DNA of 64,000 bases from Candidatus Limnocylindrus sp. (GCA_040397175.1 JBBAWM010000002.1:64001-128000), one strand, 5' to 3'. Positions 9,476 through 20,547 are shown, counted from the stretch's first letter. Program-made: numbers and translations. The notes: generated by a model from the sequence alone, not told the origin.

Positions 9476-10212
9476 CCAGCGATCTCGGCAAAGACCTCGG
9501 GTGGGACCTCAAAGTTCGCCGTAACTCGCTGCACATCGTCCAGCTCTTCCAGTGCGTCGATCAGCTTGAAATTCTTGCGCGCGTCATCAGCCGACACCTC
9601 AACAGTGGATTTGGCAACGATGCCCGATTCAGCACTCTTCACCTTGATGCCGGCCGCCTCCAGGGCACCCTGCACCGAGTGAATCTCGTGGGGGTCGGAG
9701 TACACGAAGACGCGCCCTTCGTCGGCCTCGACATCCGCAGCACCTGCCTCAATCGCCGCCTCCCCCACCGCTTCAAACGAACCGAGGCATTCAATCACGC
9801 CGCGTGCTTCGAATTGCCAGGCAACGGCGCCGCTACTGGCGAGCGCACCGCCCGACTTGGTGAAGAGGCTGCGAACCTCAGATGCCGTGCGATTGCGGTT
9901 GTCGGTGGCCGCCTCGACGAGCACCGCAACGCCGCCTGGACCATACCCCTCATAGACAATCTCTTCGTAGGCGTCACTCTGTCCGAGCCCTGCGGCGCGC
10001 TCAATGGCACGTTTGATGTTGTCGTTCGGCATGTTGAGGCCCCGCCCCTTGTCAATCGCCAGGCGGAGGCGTGGATTCGCGGCCGGATCGGGGCCGCTGA
10101 TCCGGGCTGCGATGGTGATCTCGCGCGACACCTTCGTAAATTGGGCGGCACGCTTTGCGTCGGTCGCCCCCTTGGCACGCTTGATCGTCGACCATTTCGA
10201 ATGTCCAGACAT
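9472..10212 (-). CDS. yebC: YebC/PmpR family protein
   Basis: MSGHSKWSTIKR, NPRLR, YEGYGPGG, TDNRNRT. Confidence 0.97.
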   Translation of the reverse strand: MSGHSKWSTIKRAKGATDAKRAAQFTKVSREITIAARISGPDPAANPRLRLAIDKGRGLNMPNDNIKRAIERAAGLGQSDAYEEIVYEGYGPGGVAVLVEAATDNRNRTASEVRSLFTKSGGALASSGAVAWQFEARGVIECLGSFEAVGEAAIEAGAADVEADEGRVFVYSDPHEIHSVQGALEAAGIKVKSAESGIVAKSTVEVSADDARKNFKLIDALEELDDVQRVTANFEVPPEVFAEIAG

Positions 10213-10259
10213 GCGGGGAGTATAGGCGAGGCGAGCGCACTCCCCCGCAGGGACTGGCG

Positions 10260-11567
10260 TTAGGCCCGGCGAAGAAGGCGGTAGTCGCGGCGCCCCTTGC
10301 GCAGCAGGAGCGAGCCGTCGCTTAGCGGGGGAAACGAGGAGGCGGCAGCGGCACCGTCAGGCGCGGGGGCGCCGTTGACACTCACGCCCCCCTGCTCAAT
10401 CAGACGACGCGCCTCGCTCTTTGAGGTGGCAAGGCCAGCGGCGATCACAAGGTCGACCAAGGTAGTGTCAGCCGCGGAGGGCAGACCGCTCGTTGGAAGT
10501 TCGCCCGCCAGCATCTCCAATGCTTCAGCCGAGAGCGCACGAAGATCTGGGGAGCCACCCTCACCATCGCCAAACAGCGCATCGGCAACGGCTGCGGCGC
10601 GAGCCTCCACATCGGCGCCGTGCACCATGCCGGTCACCGTGCGAGCGAGGTGACGCTGCGCCCGCCGGGCGGCGGGGTTCTCCGCATGACGAGCCATGAG
10701 CGCCGCGGTATCAGCGATGCTGTCAAGGGTGAAGCGGTGCAGGAGCGACGCAACCGACTCATCATCCTGCTCCATCCAAAACTGGCGGAAGGCAAATGGG
10801 CTGGTCCGAGATGGATCCAGCCACACTGCACCCTCGGCCGTTTTGCCGAATTTTGCGCCACTCTTGGCGAGGAGGAGTGGGTAGCAGAGACCAAATGCCT
10901 GAGGGGCCCCGTCGGCGCGCTCCCCTTCGGTGCGTCGAATCAGCTCCGTGCCGGCGGTGATGTTCCCCCACTGATCGGAGCCGCCCATCTGGAGCTCCAC
11001 CCCATGCAACTTCCGCAGCATCAGGAAGTCGTAGCTTTGCAGCAGCATGTAGCTGAACTCGGTGAATGAAAGGCCGCCCTCGAGGCGGGTCTTGACGCTC
11101 TCCTTCGCCAGCATGTAGCCGACGGTGAGGTGCTTCCCCGTGTCGCGAAGGAAATCGATCAGCCCAAGTTCACCAAGCCAACTCAAGTTGTCGAGCAGCA
11201 AGGCACCGCCCTTTCCGGTGAAGTCAACGAGGGTCGCAAGCTGTGCGCCAATAGCGGCCCGATTGTGGTCAAGGGTTGCCCGATCCAGGAGGTTTCGTTC
11301 TGCAGATCGCCCCGACGGGTCCCCAATCATTCCTGTCCCTCCGCCCACGAGGGCGACGGGGCGACCACCGTGTAGCTGTAGTCGTCGCAGCGCAAGGACA
11401 CCCATGAGGTGCCCAACATGGAGCGAATCGGCGCTGGGGTCAAAGCCGATATAGGCGCTGATCGCTGGGTCTGCCACCAAACGCTGGTCGAGGCCCGCGG
11501 TTACTTCATGGACCAAGCCTCGCTCGGTGAAGTCGCGGAGCAGCTTCGAGGCTGGTGGGTTCATCAT
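10260..11567 (-). CDS. tyrS: Tyrosine--tRNA ligase
   Basis: GFDPSADSLHVGH, QMGGSDQWGNI, KFGKT, C-terminal S4 domain. Confidence 0.98.
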   Translation of the reverse strand: MMNPPASKLLRDFTERGLVHEVTAGLDQRLVADPAISAYIGFDPSADSLHVGHLMGVLALRRLQLHGGRPVALVGGGTGMIGDPSGRSAERNLLDRATLDHNRAAIGAQLATLVDFTGKGGALLLDNLSWLGELGLIDFLRDTGKHLTVGYMLAKESVKTRLEGGLSFTEFSYMLLQSYDFLMLRKLHGVELQMGGSDQWGNITAGTELIRRTEGERADGAPQAFGLCYPLLLAKSGAKFGKTAEGAVWLDPSRTSPFAFRQFWMEQDDESVASLLHRFTLDSIADTAALMARHAENPAARRAQRHLARTVTGMVHGADVEARAAAVADALFGDGEGGSPDLRALSAEALEMLAGELPTSGLPSAADTTLVDLVIAAGLATSKSEARRLIEQGGVSVNGAPAPDGAAAASSFPPLSDGSLLLRKGRRDYRLLRRA

Positions 11568-11591
11568 GCGCCCTATGCTACCTTCACAGCG

Positions 11592-14150
11592 ATGAACATG
11601 GCCTCTGGAAACTCAACCCAGCGAAGCGGCCGCCCCCGAAAACGGCTTCTCGGGGGTCTCTTCGCCCTCCTGCCCGTTGCCCTCCTCGGGGCCTGCCTCC
11701 TGATCGCCGCAATCGCCTACGGCGGCACGATTGCGATCTACGGCGTGGTCGTTAACGACCTCCCTGACCCGAAGGATCTTGACACCATCGTCCTCAACCA
11801 GAACACCACGGTCTACGACAGAACGGGGAAGGTGCAGCTCGCCGCTTTCGGATCGGATCGACGGACTGAGGTGGATTTCGCCAACATTCCGAGCATTGTG
11901 CTCGACACAACGACGGCAGTTGAAGATAAGACCTACTGGGAGAACGCTGGGTTTGACCCCCTCGGCTTCGTGGCGGCTGCACTCGACACCGTGCGAGGTT
12001 CCGGTCGCGGCGGCTCAACGATCACCCAGCAGCTCGTTCGTGGCGTGCTCCTTCCAGAGTCTGCCTTCGCTGGTAGCGTCTATGAGCGCAAGGTGAAAGA
12101 GATCATTCAGGCCATCCGTCTCACCAGAGAGTTCCCAGGGCGGATTGGCAAAGAGAAGGTGATCGCGAAGTACCTCAACAACAATTACTACGGCTCGCGT
12201 TCGTACGGCATCCTCACCGCGTCACAGCAGTACTTCGGGAAGACGCTGGACCAGCTCACGCTTGGCGAGGCGGCACTGCTCGCCGCCATCCCCCAGGCTC
12301 CAAGCACCTACGATCTCCGCCAGAATGCCGTCGTTGGCGCAGATGGAGTCATTCGCGTCCCACTCGATTCCGCCGTGGCGAAACGTCGCAGCGTGGTGTT
12401 GGACCTACTGAAATCGGCGCGTGATGGCGGCATCCCACAAGAGACCGCGAGCATTACCGACGCTGAAATCGAGGCCGCACGAACGGAAGAGATCGTGTTG
12501 ATCACCTCGCCACTCAACAAGATGAGTGCGCCACACTTCGTCAATCGTGTGCGCGACTTCCTCACGAGCATCCTCTGCACCAGTCCCGAGGGGTGCCAGC
12601 AGCAGCTCGATACTGGCGGGTACAAGGTGATAACGACCCTCGATTGGGGGATGCAGCAGGCGGCCGAAAAGTGGGCCCTCGCGGTGCGCTCCACCAAGAT
12701 CGCGAACTATCAGGCCTATCTGAAGACGATCGGCATTAAGCCCACGGACTGGCTCAAAACCATCAACGGGCTCGCGATCAACAACGCCGCCGTGACAACG
12801 CTTGATGCCCGTACGGGCGATATCCTTGCGTATGCAGGATCGGCTGACTACTACGGCCAGGCCGACGGTACCGTCTTCCAACCCGAATACGACGTACTGA
12901 GTGCTTACCGACAGCCAGGCAGTTCGATCAAGCCGATCATGTACGCCTACGCCCTCGAAGACCGTGCGGTTACTCCAGCGACGATCTTGATGGATGTGCC
13001 TGTGGACTTCGGTCAAGGCTGGACGCCAGCGAGTTCCGATGGAAGCGAGCATGGGCCGGTACGAATGCGCCAAGCGCTCCAGGGTTCGCTCAACGTGCCA
13101 GCAATTAAGGCGTTGATTCGCGCGGGCCAAGACCGCGTCTGGCGGCAGATGCGCGATGGTGCCTTCACCTTCCAGTACAACAACGAGAACGTTGCCGGCG
13201 CCTCACTCGCCATCGGTACGCTCGAGGTTCGATACGTCGACCTACTCTCCGCCTACGGCGCCCTCGCCAATGAGGGAACGATGGTTGGCCGTCGCTATAT
13301 CCTGCGTATTGAAGACCGTAATGGAGCGGTGATCTGGGAGGCACCAGCGCCGCTCGAGAGCGCCAAGCAAATCTTCGCGAAGGAGACTGCGGAGCTCATG
13401 ACCGACATCATCGCGGGGAATACGGATCCTGCGGTGAATCGTCCATGGTCGAGGCGCAAGATCATGGCCAGTGGTGGCAAGCGCCGCCCAGCGGCGTTCA
13501 AGACCGGCACAACCGACCAAACCAAGGACCTTGCGGCATTCGGGTACCTGGCCGCACCGAGCGATCCGACCGCCCAACAGCTCGTTACCGGTGTCTGGAT
13601 GGGCAACTCCGACTCCACCCCAGCAACGGTCTACTCCCTTGATTCTGCGGGTGGGCTTTGGCAGTCGTACTTCACCCAGATCTCATCGAAGCTGCCGATT
13701 GCGGACTTCGCCAAGCCCACCGGCCTCGAGGAGGTGGTCATCGACGCGAACACCGGCGAACTTCCTGGACCCTGTACCACGCTCACAACGAGCGAATACT
13801 TCTTCCCAGGGACGGCCCCAACCACCGCCTGCAGCACCACGCGCCTCCTCACAATCGATGGCGCCACGGGGCTCCTGTGGGCTGATGGTTGCGCTGGCCC
13901 GCAAATCAGTGCCAGCTATTTGGATCTGAGCGGCCTCGAATCACAGTGGCCAAAATGGCAGGCGGCGAACCTTGAATGGATTGAGCGTGCACGCCTTGGC
14001 GCGGGCATAGTCGGCGGTGTTCGTGGTGGCATGACGGCGTATTTCTACGCACCGATCTGGCAGCCAAACGGAGCTACCTGGGGCGGAACCATCGCCCCTA
14101 CCCGCTCCTGCCTTGCGCCGCCCACGCCGTCGCCGGTCCCCGCACCGTAG
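11592..14150 (+). CDS. Class A penicillin-binding protein (transglycosylase/transpeptidase)
   Basis: TM anchor; transglycosylase motifs EDKTY, GGSTITQQL, RKVKE; transpeptidase motifs SSIK, SLN, KTGT; start set at ATG 11592. Confidence 0.93.
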   Translation: MNMASGNSTQRSGRPRKRLLGGLFALLPVALLGACLLIAAIAYGGTIAIYGVVVNDLPDPKDLDTIVLNQNTTVYDRTGKVQLAAFGSDRRTEVDFANIPSIVLDTTTAVEDKTYWENAGFDPLGFVAAALDTVRGSGRGGSTITQQLVRGVLLPESAFAGSVYERKVKEIIQAIRLTREFPGRIGKEKVIAKYLNNNYYGSRSYGILTASQQYFGKTLDQLTLGEAALLAAIPQAPSTYDLRQNAVVGADGVIRVPLDSAVAKRRSVVLDLLKSARDGGIPQETASITDAEIEAARTEEIVLITSPLNKMSAPHFVNRVRDFLTSILCTSPEGCQQQLDTGGYKVITTLDWGMQQAAEKWALAVRSTKIANYQAYLKTIGIKPTDWLKTINGLAINNAAVTTLDARTGDILAYAGSADYYGQADGTVFQPEYDVLSAYRQPGSSIKPIMYAYALEDRAVTPATILMDVPVDFGQGWTPASSDGSEHGPVRMRQALQGSLNVPAIKALIRAGQDRVWRQMRDGAFTFQYNNENVAGASLAIGTLEVRYVDLLSAYGALANEGTMVGRRYILRIEDRNGAVIWEAPAPLESAKQIFAKETAELMTDIIAGNTDPAVNRPWSRRKIMASGGKRRPAAFKTGTTDQTKDLAAFGYLAAPSDPTAQQLVTGVWMGNSDSTPATVYSLDSAGGLWQSYFTQISSKLPIADFAKPTGLEEVVIDANTGELPGPCTTLTTSEYFFPGTAPTTACSTTRLLTIDGATGLLWADGCAGPQISASYLDLSGLESQWPKWQAANLEWIERARLGAGIVGGVRGGMTAYFYAPIWQPNGATWGGTIAPTRSCLAPPTPSPVPAP

Positions 14151-14157
14151 CTTCGGC

Positions 14158-16497
14158 CTAGAGGAGCGCGACGGTCACACCTTCTCGGCCCGGCTCGTCG
14201 GCCAAGCGCACGTCGCGAACTTCTGGAAGCTCTCGCAGTTTCTGACGCACTGCATCTCGGAGCGCCCCTGTGCCAACACCGTGGATGATCTCTAACTGCT
14301 CTCCACCAGCCATGAGTACTGCGCTAATGCGTGCCTCGAGGGCTACTAGCGCGTCTTCCACGCGTGCACCACGCAGATCGAGCTTTGCTGTCGTCACTGA
14401 ACCGGCCTGCCGCGCTGCAGGTTGGTTCGGAGCCTTCGTTGCTCCGAGGATTTTGCTGATCTCTGAGATTGGCAGCGAGCTGCGCATTCGGCCGAGGGCA
14501 ACCGTCGCAGTTGCACCATCGATCGCAAGCAGCGTGCCACGCGCCCCTGAGCGCAGGACTACATCGCTTCCAACGGCAGCCTCCAGCGCCAACGGAGCGA
14601 GACTCTCCTGCCGATCTCCCACATCACCTAGCACCGACATATCTCCTGCAGCAACCGCGCGGTCTAGGTCCGAAGCCACCGCCAGGATCTCTGGTGTGAG
14701 ACTTCCTGACTCGAGTGCGGCACGCAACTGTTCCACCCGAAGCAGGATCGCCGCGGCAGCCTCTCGTGCCTCTGTGGTAGCAGTGTGGCGCGCCTCGGCT
14801 ACCGCTCGCTCAGTTGCTCGTCGTAGTTCGACCGCCTGGGCAAGTGAATCTGCTGCTCGCTCTTGCAGCCCCTCTGCAACATACCGTGCTTCGCGAGCAG
14901 CGCGCTCGGCATCTGCGGCCGCGGTAAGTGCCGCATCGAGCGCCACACCTTGGTCACTGCGTCGAGCCTGTGCCGCGTCGAGTAGCGCTTGCGGCAGACC
15001 GAGACGCGCGGCGATCGCAAATGCCTGCGAACCTCCTGGAGCGCCAACCTCGAGGCGATACGTGGGGGCAAGGGTTACAAGGTCGAAGGCCACCGAGCCG
15101 TTAACCACGCCTGGCGTCACATGCGCATACTGCTTGAGCTCCGCATAGTGACTTGTCGCCAACACGCGGCAACCCCGCAGTCGAAGCTCATCAATGATAG
15201 CGGCCGCGAGCGCCGCCCCTTCCGCCGGATCGGTCCCCGCTCCCGCCTCGTCGAGGAGCACGACGTCACCCGACTCGGCACCGATGAGGATCCGCTGGAT
15301 TGAGGTGAGGTGACCGGAGAAGGTGCTTAAACTCTGTGCAATGGACTGATCGTCACCGATGTCCGCCCAGACGTTGCCAGTGAACGGCACCATCGACCCC
15401 GGCCCACTGGGGATCGGGAGACCGGCGTGATGCATCGCCGTGAGGAGGCCCACCGCCTTTAGCGCCACCGTCTTGCCACCCGTATTCGGTCCAGTGATCA
15501 CCAGGACGCGGCGCTCCGCATCAAGGTGCAGGCTCATCGGCACGACGGGTGGCGTCAAGAGCGGGTGACTCGCTTCGGTTAACCACAGGTCACCGCTGGA
15601 TGCGCCATCGGCGTAGAGCCACCCTCGTTCGCGCGCCACATCGGCAACAGCTCGGGCCAGATCGAAGAGCGCGAGACGTTCGCCGTTGGAACGGAGTGCT
15701 CCCGCGTCTGCACCGACGAACGCTGAGAGCGACCCGAGGATCCGCGCCTCTTCGGTAGCGACCGCCGCCTCAGCTTCGCGCACGGCGTTTCCGAGCTCAA
15801 CAACCTCAAGTGGCTCGATCCAAACCGTTTGACCCGTTGCGCTCGCGTCGTGCACGATCCCTGGGACACGTGACTTCCACTCGGATCGGACGGGCAGCAC
15901 GTAACGACCGTTCCGCACCGTGACGATGGGCTCCTGGAGGTAGGGAATGTAGTTCTTCGCATGTGCGAGCGTTTCGAGGCGAGTGCGGAGCCGCTCGAGG
16001 CTGGTTCGATGGAGGGCGCGCAACCCACCCAGGAGCGGCGACGCCGCATCGACGATCGTTCCATCAGGGGCAATGGCGCGCTCGATGGCACTTCGCAGCG
16101 GACGAAGCGGCGCAAACGCGGCACCAAGGGCGCTGAGCGTTGGGCCCGACCCAACGAGGTCGCTCGAAAGGCGCTCAACGACACGAAGCGTTTCACTCAC
16201 CGCAAAAAGCGCGGCACCATCGAGTGAACCCCCCTTGGCGCCACGCTCTGCCGCTGGTTCGAGGTCACTGGCACCGCCAATGTGGGGATCTCCCCCATCG
16301 CGCCGGAGGTCGGCGATCTCACGCCCGAGGGATCGTAGGGTCGGCATGTTGCCCCCACCCGAGGTCGGACGCAGTTCGTGCGCAAGAAGACGAGACGGGG
16401 CGAAGGCACAGGCCGCCACAAGGATGTCAAGGAGTACGGCCCATTCGAGTCGAGTAAGGGAACGCTCGTCGTAGGAGTGCCCTGTGGAATCCCTCAC
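14158..16497 (-). CDS. mutS2: Endonuclease MutS2
   Basis: ITGPNTGGKT, DIGDDQSIAQSLSTFSGH, DEAGAGTDP, C-terminal Smr domain (LDLRG, IIHGVGTG). Confidence 0.96.
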   Translation of the reverse strand: MRDSTGHSYDERSLTRLEWAVLLDILVAACAFAPSRLLAHELRPTSGGGNMPTLRSLGREIADLRRDGGDPHIGGASDLEPAAERGAKGGSLDGAALFAVSETLRVVERLSSDLVGSGPTLSALGAAFAPLRPLRSAIERAIAPDGTIVDAASPLLGGLRALHRTSLERLRTRLETLAHAKNYIPYLQEPIVTVRNGRYVLPVRSEWKSRVPGIVHDASATGQTVWIEPLEVVELGNAVREAEAAVATEEARILGSLSAFVGADAGALRSNGERLALFDLARAVADVARERGWLYADGASSGDLWLTEASHPLLTPPVVPMSLHLDAERRVLVITGPNTGGKTVALKAVGLLTAMHHAGLPIPSGPGSMVPFTGNVWADIGDDQSIAQSLSTFSGHLTSIQRILIGAESGDVVLLDEAGAGTDPAEGAALAAAIIDELRLRGCRVLATSHYAELKQYAHVTPGVVNGSVAFDLVTLAPTYRLEVGAPGGSQAFAIAARLGLPQALLDAAQARRSDQGVALDAALTAAADAERAAREARYVAEGLQERAADSLAQAVELRRATERAVAEARHTATTEAREAAAAILLRVEQLRAALESGSLTPEILAVASDLDRAVAAGDMSVLGDVGDRQESLAPLALEAAVGSDVVLRSGARGTLLAIDGATATVALGRMRSSLPISEISKILGATKAPNQPAARQAGSVTTAKLDLRGARVEDALVALEARISAVLMAGGEQLEIIHGVGTGALRDAVRQKLRELPEVRDVRLADEPGREGVTVALL

Positions 16498-17045
16498 GGA
16501 ACGAGCAGCGAGCGAAGGCCTTCTGGAAGGGCTCCGCCGAGGAGTAGATGTGCGACCGGAAAGACCACGCCACGAATAACGTCAGATGATTGTGCAGCGG
16601 TAATTGCCACTGCAATGTCGTTGAGCGGGGCAGGGATGGGCAGCTTCGCTACGGCCGCAGCATCAAGGACAAAGATCAGGGCAGCCATCGCAACGCTCCC
16701 CTGAGCAACGCCAAAGAGTGCTCCGAGCGCGGTATCGAGCGGGCCAAGGTGAATGGCGCGCAGCGATGCCTGTAATAGTCGGCCGATCAGGAACGAGGCA
16801 ATGGCCAAGAGCACCCAGATGCCACCAAGAAAGATGCCGAACCCGATCAGACGCGTATCGACATCGGGAAGGAGCGTCGCCACGAACTGCGTGATGACCA
16901 TCTGACCCTGCGCGCTAATAAACAGGCCGAGCGCAAGAGCGAGGAGTGCGACGGCGCTGCGCGCCGCACCAGTTCGTCCCCCGCTCCACGCAGCTATGAC
17001 GAGGAGCACCACAACTACAAGGTCGACGAGTACCGTCGGGCTCAT
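16494..17045 (-). CDS. CvpA family membrane protein
   Basis: About four hydrophobic helices, LDTALGALFGVAQG motif, typical position upstream of mutS2. Confidence 0.8.
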   Translation of the reverse strand: MSPTVLVDLVVVVLLVIAAWSGGRTGAARSAVALLALALGLFISAQGQMVITQFVATLLPDVDTRLIGFGIFLGGIWVLLAIASFLIGRLLQASLRAIHLGPLDTALGALFGVAQGSVAMAALIFVLDAAAVAKLPIPAPLNDIAVAITAAQSSDVIRGVVFPVAHLLLGGALPEGLRSLLVP

Positions 17046-19519
17046 TGCCCCTCGGTGCCGCGGATACGTGCTCCGCAGGAGCGGAGTACGGCCCCCTCGA
17101 AGGCGGTAAGTTCTGCGGCAATCGCCGCATCGTCAGCCCCAGTCGCGGTCGGTTGGAAGGTGAAGCGTAGTCCGGCTGATCGCTCGCCTAGGGCTAGTGG
17201 CGGTCCAGCAAAGAGGTCAAAGAGCTCAATGTCGGTTGCTCGCGAGACTGCACCCCGAGCGACATCCACAACTTGCCCCACGGTGGCTGTAGCGGGAATG
17301 ATGAGGGCAACATCGCGCGTTACCGGCGGCGTTGTGGGGGGGAGCGCCACATGCGTAACCTCAAGGCGACCGGAGCGAAGTCCGGCGATCGCCACCTCAG
17401 CGAGGAGGATGCGGGGTTCATCACGCCAGACCGGCGATGCTGGATGGAGCTCTCCGAGGAGGCCGGCAACGCGGTCACCGGTGATCGTCGCGCTGATGCC
17501 AGGGTGGAGCACTGCGTTCTCGCTCAACGCGCCGTAGGTTGGTCGCTCGCCAACAAGGTGGGAAACCTTCGCGAGGAGCCGTTTCACTTCGTCGAGGCTC
17601 CACGTTGAATCGCTTGCACTCGGGGTGCCCGGCTCTCGTTCCCCCCATACCGCAATGGCGAGACGGGTCCACTCTGTCGGAGCACCCGCGGTGCTCCCAT
17701 ATCCACGACCAACTTCAAAGATCGCGCCTGACGCGGCTCCATATCGCACGTTCGCATCCACCCTGTCGAGCAGGCTGGGGATCAGTGATTGGCGGAGTCG
17801 GTCGTGGTCCGTTGAGAGCGGATTTTGCAACACGATCACCGCACCACCCGCCGCTCCCTCCGATGCCGCAAGAGCCCCGGTAACGAGCGAGGCGGGCTCA
17901 CTCCAAAGCTCCGCCTGTGCGGCCGATACGAGTGCGTGCGTGACCACTTCGTGTAGCCCTGTATCCGCGAGGAGGCGACGCACGCGATCACGGAGGAGCG
18001 TCGGGCTTGGTCGGTGCGGTGGCAGATCTGCACTCGGGATCGACGTCGGAATCCGCTCATAGCCGTAGAGGCGGGCGATCTCTTCCGCCAGATCGGCCTC
18101 TATCTCAAGATCGCTGCGCCAGCTCGGCACGCAGACCGCTCGAGCACTCCCCTTCGCGGTGGAAACGGTGCGTTTCGGGGTGACGGCGATCTTGACTGGA
18201 TCCGCAACGGACGCTTCAGCGATGCCGATTGTTCCAAGGAGTGCCACCTGCTCATCGTCCGTGAGTGCAACGCCGACGAGGGCGCGAACGCGCGCGGGAC
18301 GGAAGTTCAGCGATGCTGCGGGAACCTCTGTGGCCCCGCTGACGAGGCGCCCTGAACGAACCACGCCACCAGCCCACGCAGTGAGGAGAGCGGCGACCTG
18401 GTCGGCTCCAAGGGTTGCGAGGCGGCGCTCTTGGCCGCGCTCAAAGCGGTGAGAGGCTTCAGAGCGCAAGCTATGTCGCTGCGCGGTGCGCCGGACTGAG
18501 GTTGGGGCGAAGATCGCGCTTTCGATGATGACACTTCTAGTCGCGGGGGACACCTCACTGCTCGCTCCCCCCATCACACCGGCGAGGGCGAGGGCAGCGC
18601 GCTCATCGGCTACCACTAGGTCGGTCGCATCAAGGGTGCGCACCTCATGGTCGAGCGTCTCAAGGCGCTCCCCCTTCGTGGCGAAGCGAATCTGCACGGT
18701 GTCGCCCACCTTCGCGCGATCGAAGGCGTGCGTCGGCTTGCCAAGCTCCAACATGATGTAATTGGTTGCGTCGACAACGTTCGAGATCGAACGGAGGCCC
18801 GCTGCCTTCAGGCGCATCTGCACGCGATCTGGTGATGCGGTGACGGTGACGCCGTCAACCACCCGTAGCACCACATGCGGTGCCAGGGTCTCATCGGCGA
18901 CGCGAAGGGCCAACCCCGCGCCAATGGCGTCGCTCTCCTCGGTGAGCGGCCGTGCGACATAGGCCACCGGAGCGCCCGTGATCGCACCAACCTCGCGGGC
19001 GAGACCCAAAATCGAAAGGAGATCGCCGCGGTTCGGCTTGACGTCGACATCGATCACCTCTTCGCCAAGGTAATCGACGAGGGGCATCCCAAGGGGGGCC
19101 GACGGATCAAGGATCAGGATGCCATCACCATCGTCGGTCGCATCGAGCTCTTGGCCGGAGCAAAGCATCCCCTCTGACGCGATCCCCATCTTCTCGGCGC
19201 GCTCGATGCGTCGTCCGTCGGGCATCTCCGCGCCGACAAGCGCCACAGGGATACGCTGGCCTGCGGCAATATTTCGAGCGCCACAAACAATGTTGAGAGT
19301 CGGACCATCGCCGATCCGTACCTTCGTCAGCTGCAGTCGGTCGGCCTTCGGATGTGGGCCGACCTCGAGGAGTTCGCCGACGACCATCTTGTTCCAGTTG
19401 GCACCCCACCGCTCGACCCCACGAACCTCAAGGCCGCGCAGGGTAAGCGCGTCGGCCAACTGCTCAGCACTTAACTGTAAGTCGGTGAATTCACGAAGCC
19501 AGGAGAGTGGAACCTTCAT
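17042..19519 (-). CDS. pheT: Phenylalanine--tRNA ligase beta subunit
   Basis: MKVPLSWLREF, HPKADRL, NRGDLLS, VPSWRSDL, DLAEEIARLYGY. Confidence 0.97.
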   Translation of the reverse strand: MKVPLSWLREFTDLQLSAEQLADALTLRGLEVRGVERWGANWNKMVVGELLEVGPHPKADRLQLTKVRIGDGPTLNIVCGARNIAAGQRIPVALVGAEMPDGRRIERAEKMGIASEGMLCSGQELDATDDGDGILILDPSAPLGMPLVDYLGEEVIDVDVKPNRGDLLSILGLAREVGAITGAPVAYVARPLTEESDAIGAGLALRVADETLAPHVVLRVVDGVTVTASPDRVQMRLKAAGLRSISNVVDATNYIMLELGKPTHAFDRAKVGDTVQIRFATKGERLETLDHEVRTLDATDLVVADERAALALAGVMGGASSEVSPATRSVIIESAIFAPTSVRRTAQRHSLRSEASHRFERGQERRLATLGADQVAALLTAWAGGVVRSGRLVSGATEVPAASLNFRPARVRALVGVALTDDEQVALLGTIGIAEASVADPVKIAVTPKRTVSTAKGSARAVCVPSWRSDLEIEADLAEEIARLYGYERIPTSIPSADLPPHRPSPTLLRDRVRRLLADTGLHEVVTHALVSAAQAELWSEPASLVTGALAASEGAAGGAVIVLQNPLSTDHDRLRQSLIPSLLDRVDANVRYGAASGAIFEVGRGYGSTAGAPTEWTRLAIAVWGEREPGTPSASDSTWSLDEVKRLLAKVSHLVGERPTYGALSENAVLHPGISATITGDRVAGLLGELHPASPVWRDEPRILLAEVAIAGLRSGRLEVTHVALPPTTPPVTRDVALIIPATATVGQVVDVARGAVSRATDIELFDLFAGPPLALGERSAGLRFTFQPTATGADDAAIAAELTAFEGAVLRSCGARIRGTEGQ

Positions 19520-20529
19520 CGGAATCCCGCCAAGAAGCGCAGGTCGTTCTCCAGGAAGGTACGGAGGTCGGGGATGTCATGGCGCAACATGGCGATGCGC
19601 TCGACGCCGAGCCCGAAGGCAAAACCTTGATGGGTCTCTGGATCAATGCCGCCATTCTCTAGGACGACGGGATGCACCATGCCGGCACCAAGGATGGTCA
19701 TCCAGCCATCTTTGCTCCCTGGCCACGAAACGTCCACCGCTACGGACGGCTCGGTGAACGGGTAATAGCCTGGCCGAAACCTGGTGCGCGCCGCGGCTCC
19801 AAAGAGGCCCTTCGCTAACTCATCGAGGATGCCCTTCAGGTCGGCGAGCGTCGCACCGCGGTCAACCAGTAGCCCTTCGACCTGATGGAATTCGAAGCCA
19901 TGGCTCGCATCGACCGCCTCATAGCGGAAACAACGGCCAGGAAGGATCACGCGGATCGGCGGGCCACCAGCCTTCATCGTTCGGATCTGCCCTGGCGACG
20001 TGTGCGTGCGCAGCAGTCGTCCAGGCTCCTGTAAGTAGAGCGTGTCCCAGAGGTCTCGCGACGGGTGGTCTTCGGGAATGTTCAACAACTGAAAATTGGT
20101 GACGTCATCTTCAATCTCCTGCCCTTCGGCGACAACAAAGCCAAATGAGGACATGATCTCGGCAATCGCGGCGATCGTTTCTGGGATCGGGTGCAGCGAA
20201 CCCACGCGCGGCGCTGGCCCTGGAGTTGTCGCATCGACGCGCTCCCGTTCAATACGTGCAAGGAGCTCACCAGCTGAGAGGGCGTCTCGACGCGTATTGA
20301 CGAGCGCGTCGATCGCCGCGCGCACCTCATTGGCAACAACGCCGATCTTGGGGCGGTCGTCCGCCGGAAGCGCACCGATGCCGCGAAGGATCTCGGTGAT
20401 TGCGCCGCGCTTCCCCAGAAGTGACGAGCCAAGTTCATCCAGGTCTGGAGTTGTTTGCACAGCCGCGATGCGCGATGCGGCATCAGCCTGCAGTGTGCGG
20501 AGTTGCTTCTCGAGCGCTGCGAGGTCCAC
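19516..20529 (-). CDS. pheS: Phenylalanine--tRNA ligase alpha subunit
   Basis: LLRTHTSPGQ, FHQVEGL, YPFTEPS, GFAFGLGVERIAM. Confidence 0.98.
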   Translation of the reverse strand: MDLAALEKQLRTLQADAASRIAAVQTTPDLDELGSSLLGKRGAITEILRGIGALPADDRPKIGVVANEVRAAIDALVNTRRDALSAGELLARIERERVDATTPGPAPRVGSLHPIPETIAAIAEIMSSFGFVVAEGQEIEDDVTNFQLLNIPEDHPSRDLWDTLYLQEPGRLLRTHTSPGQIRTMKAGGPPIRVILPGRCFRYEAVDASHGFEFHQVEGLLVDRGATLADLKGILDELAKGLFGAAARTRFRPGYYPFTEPSVAVDVSWPGSKDGWMTILGAGMVHPVVLENGGIDPETHQGFAFGLGVERIAMLRHDIPDLRTFLENDLRFLAGFR

Positions 20530-20547
20530 TACCGCGGACCGAGGGGG

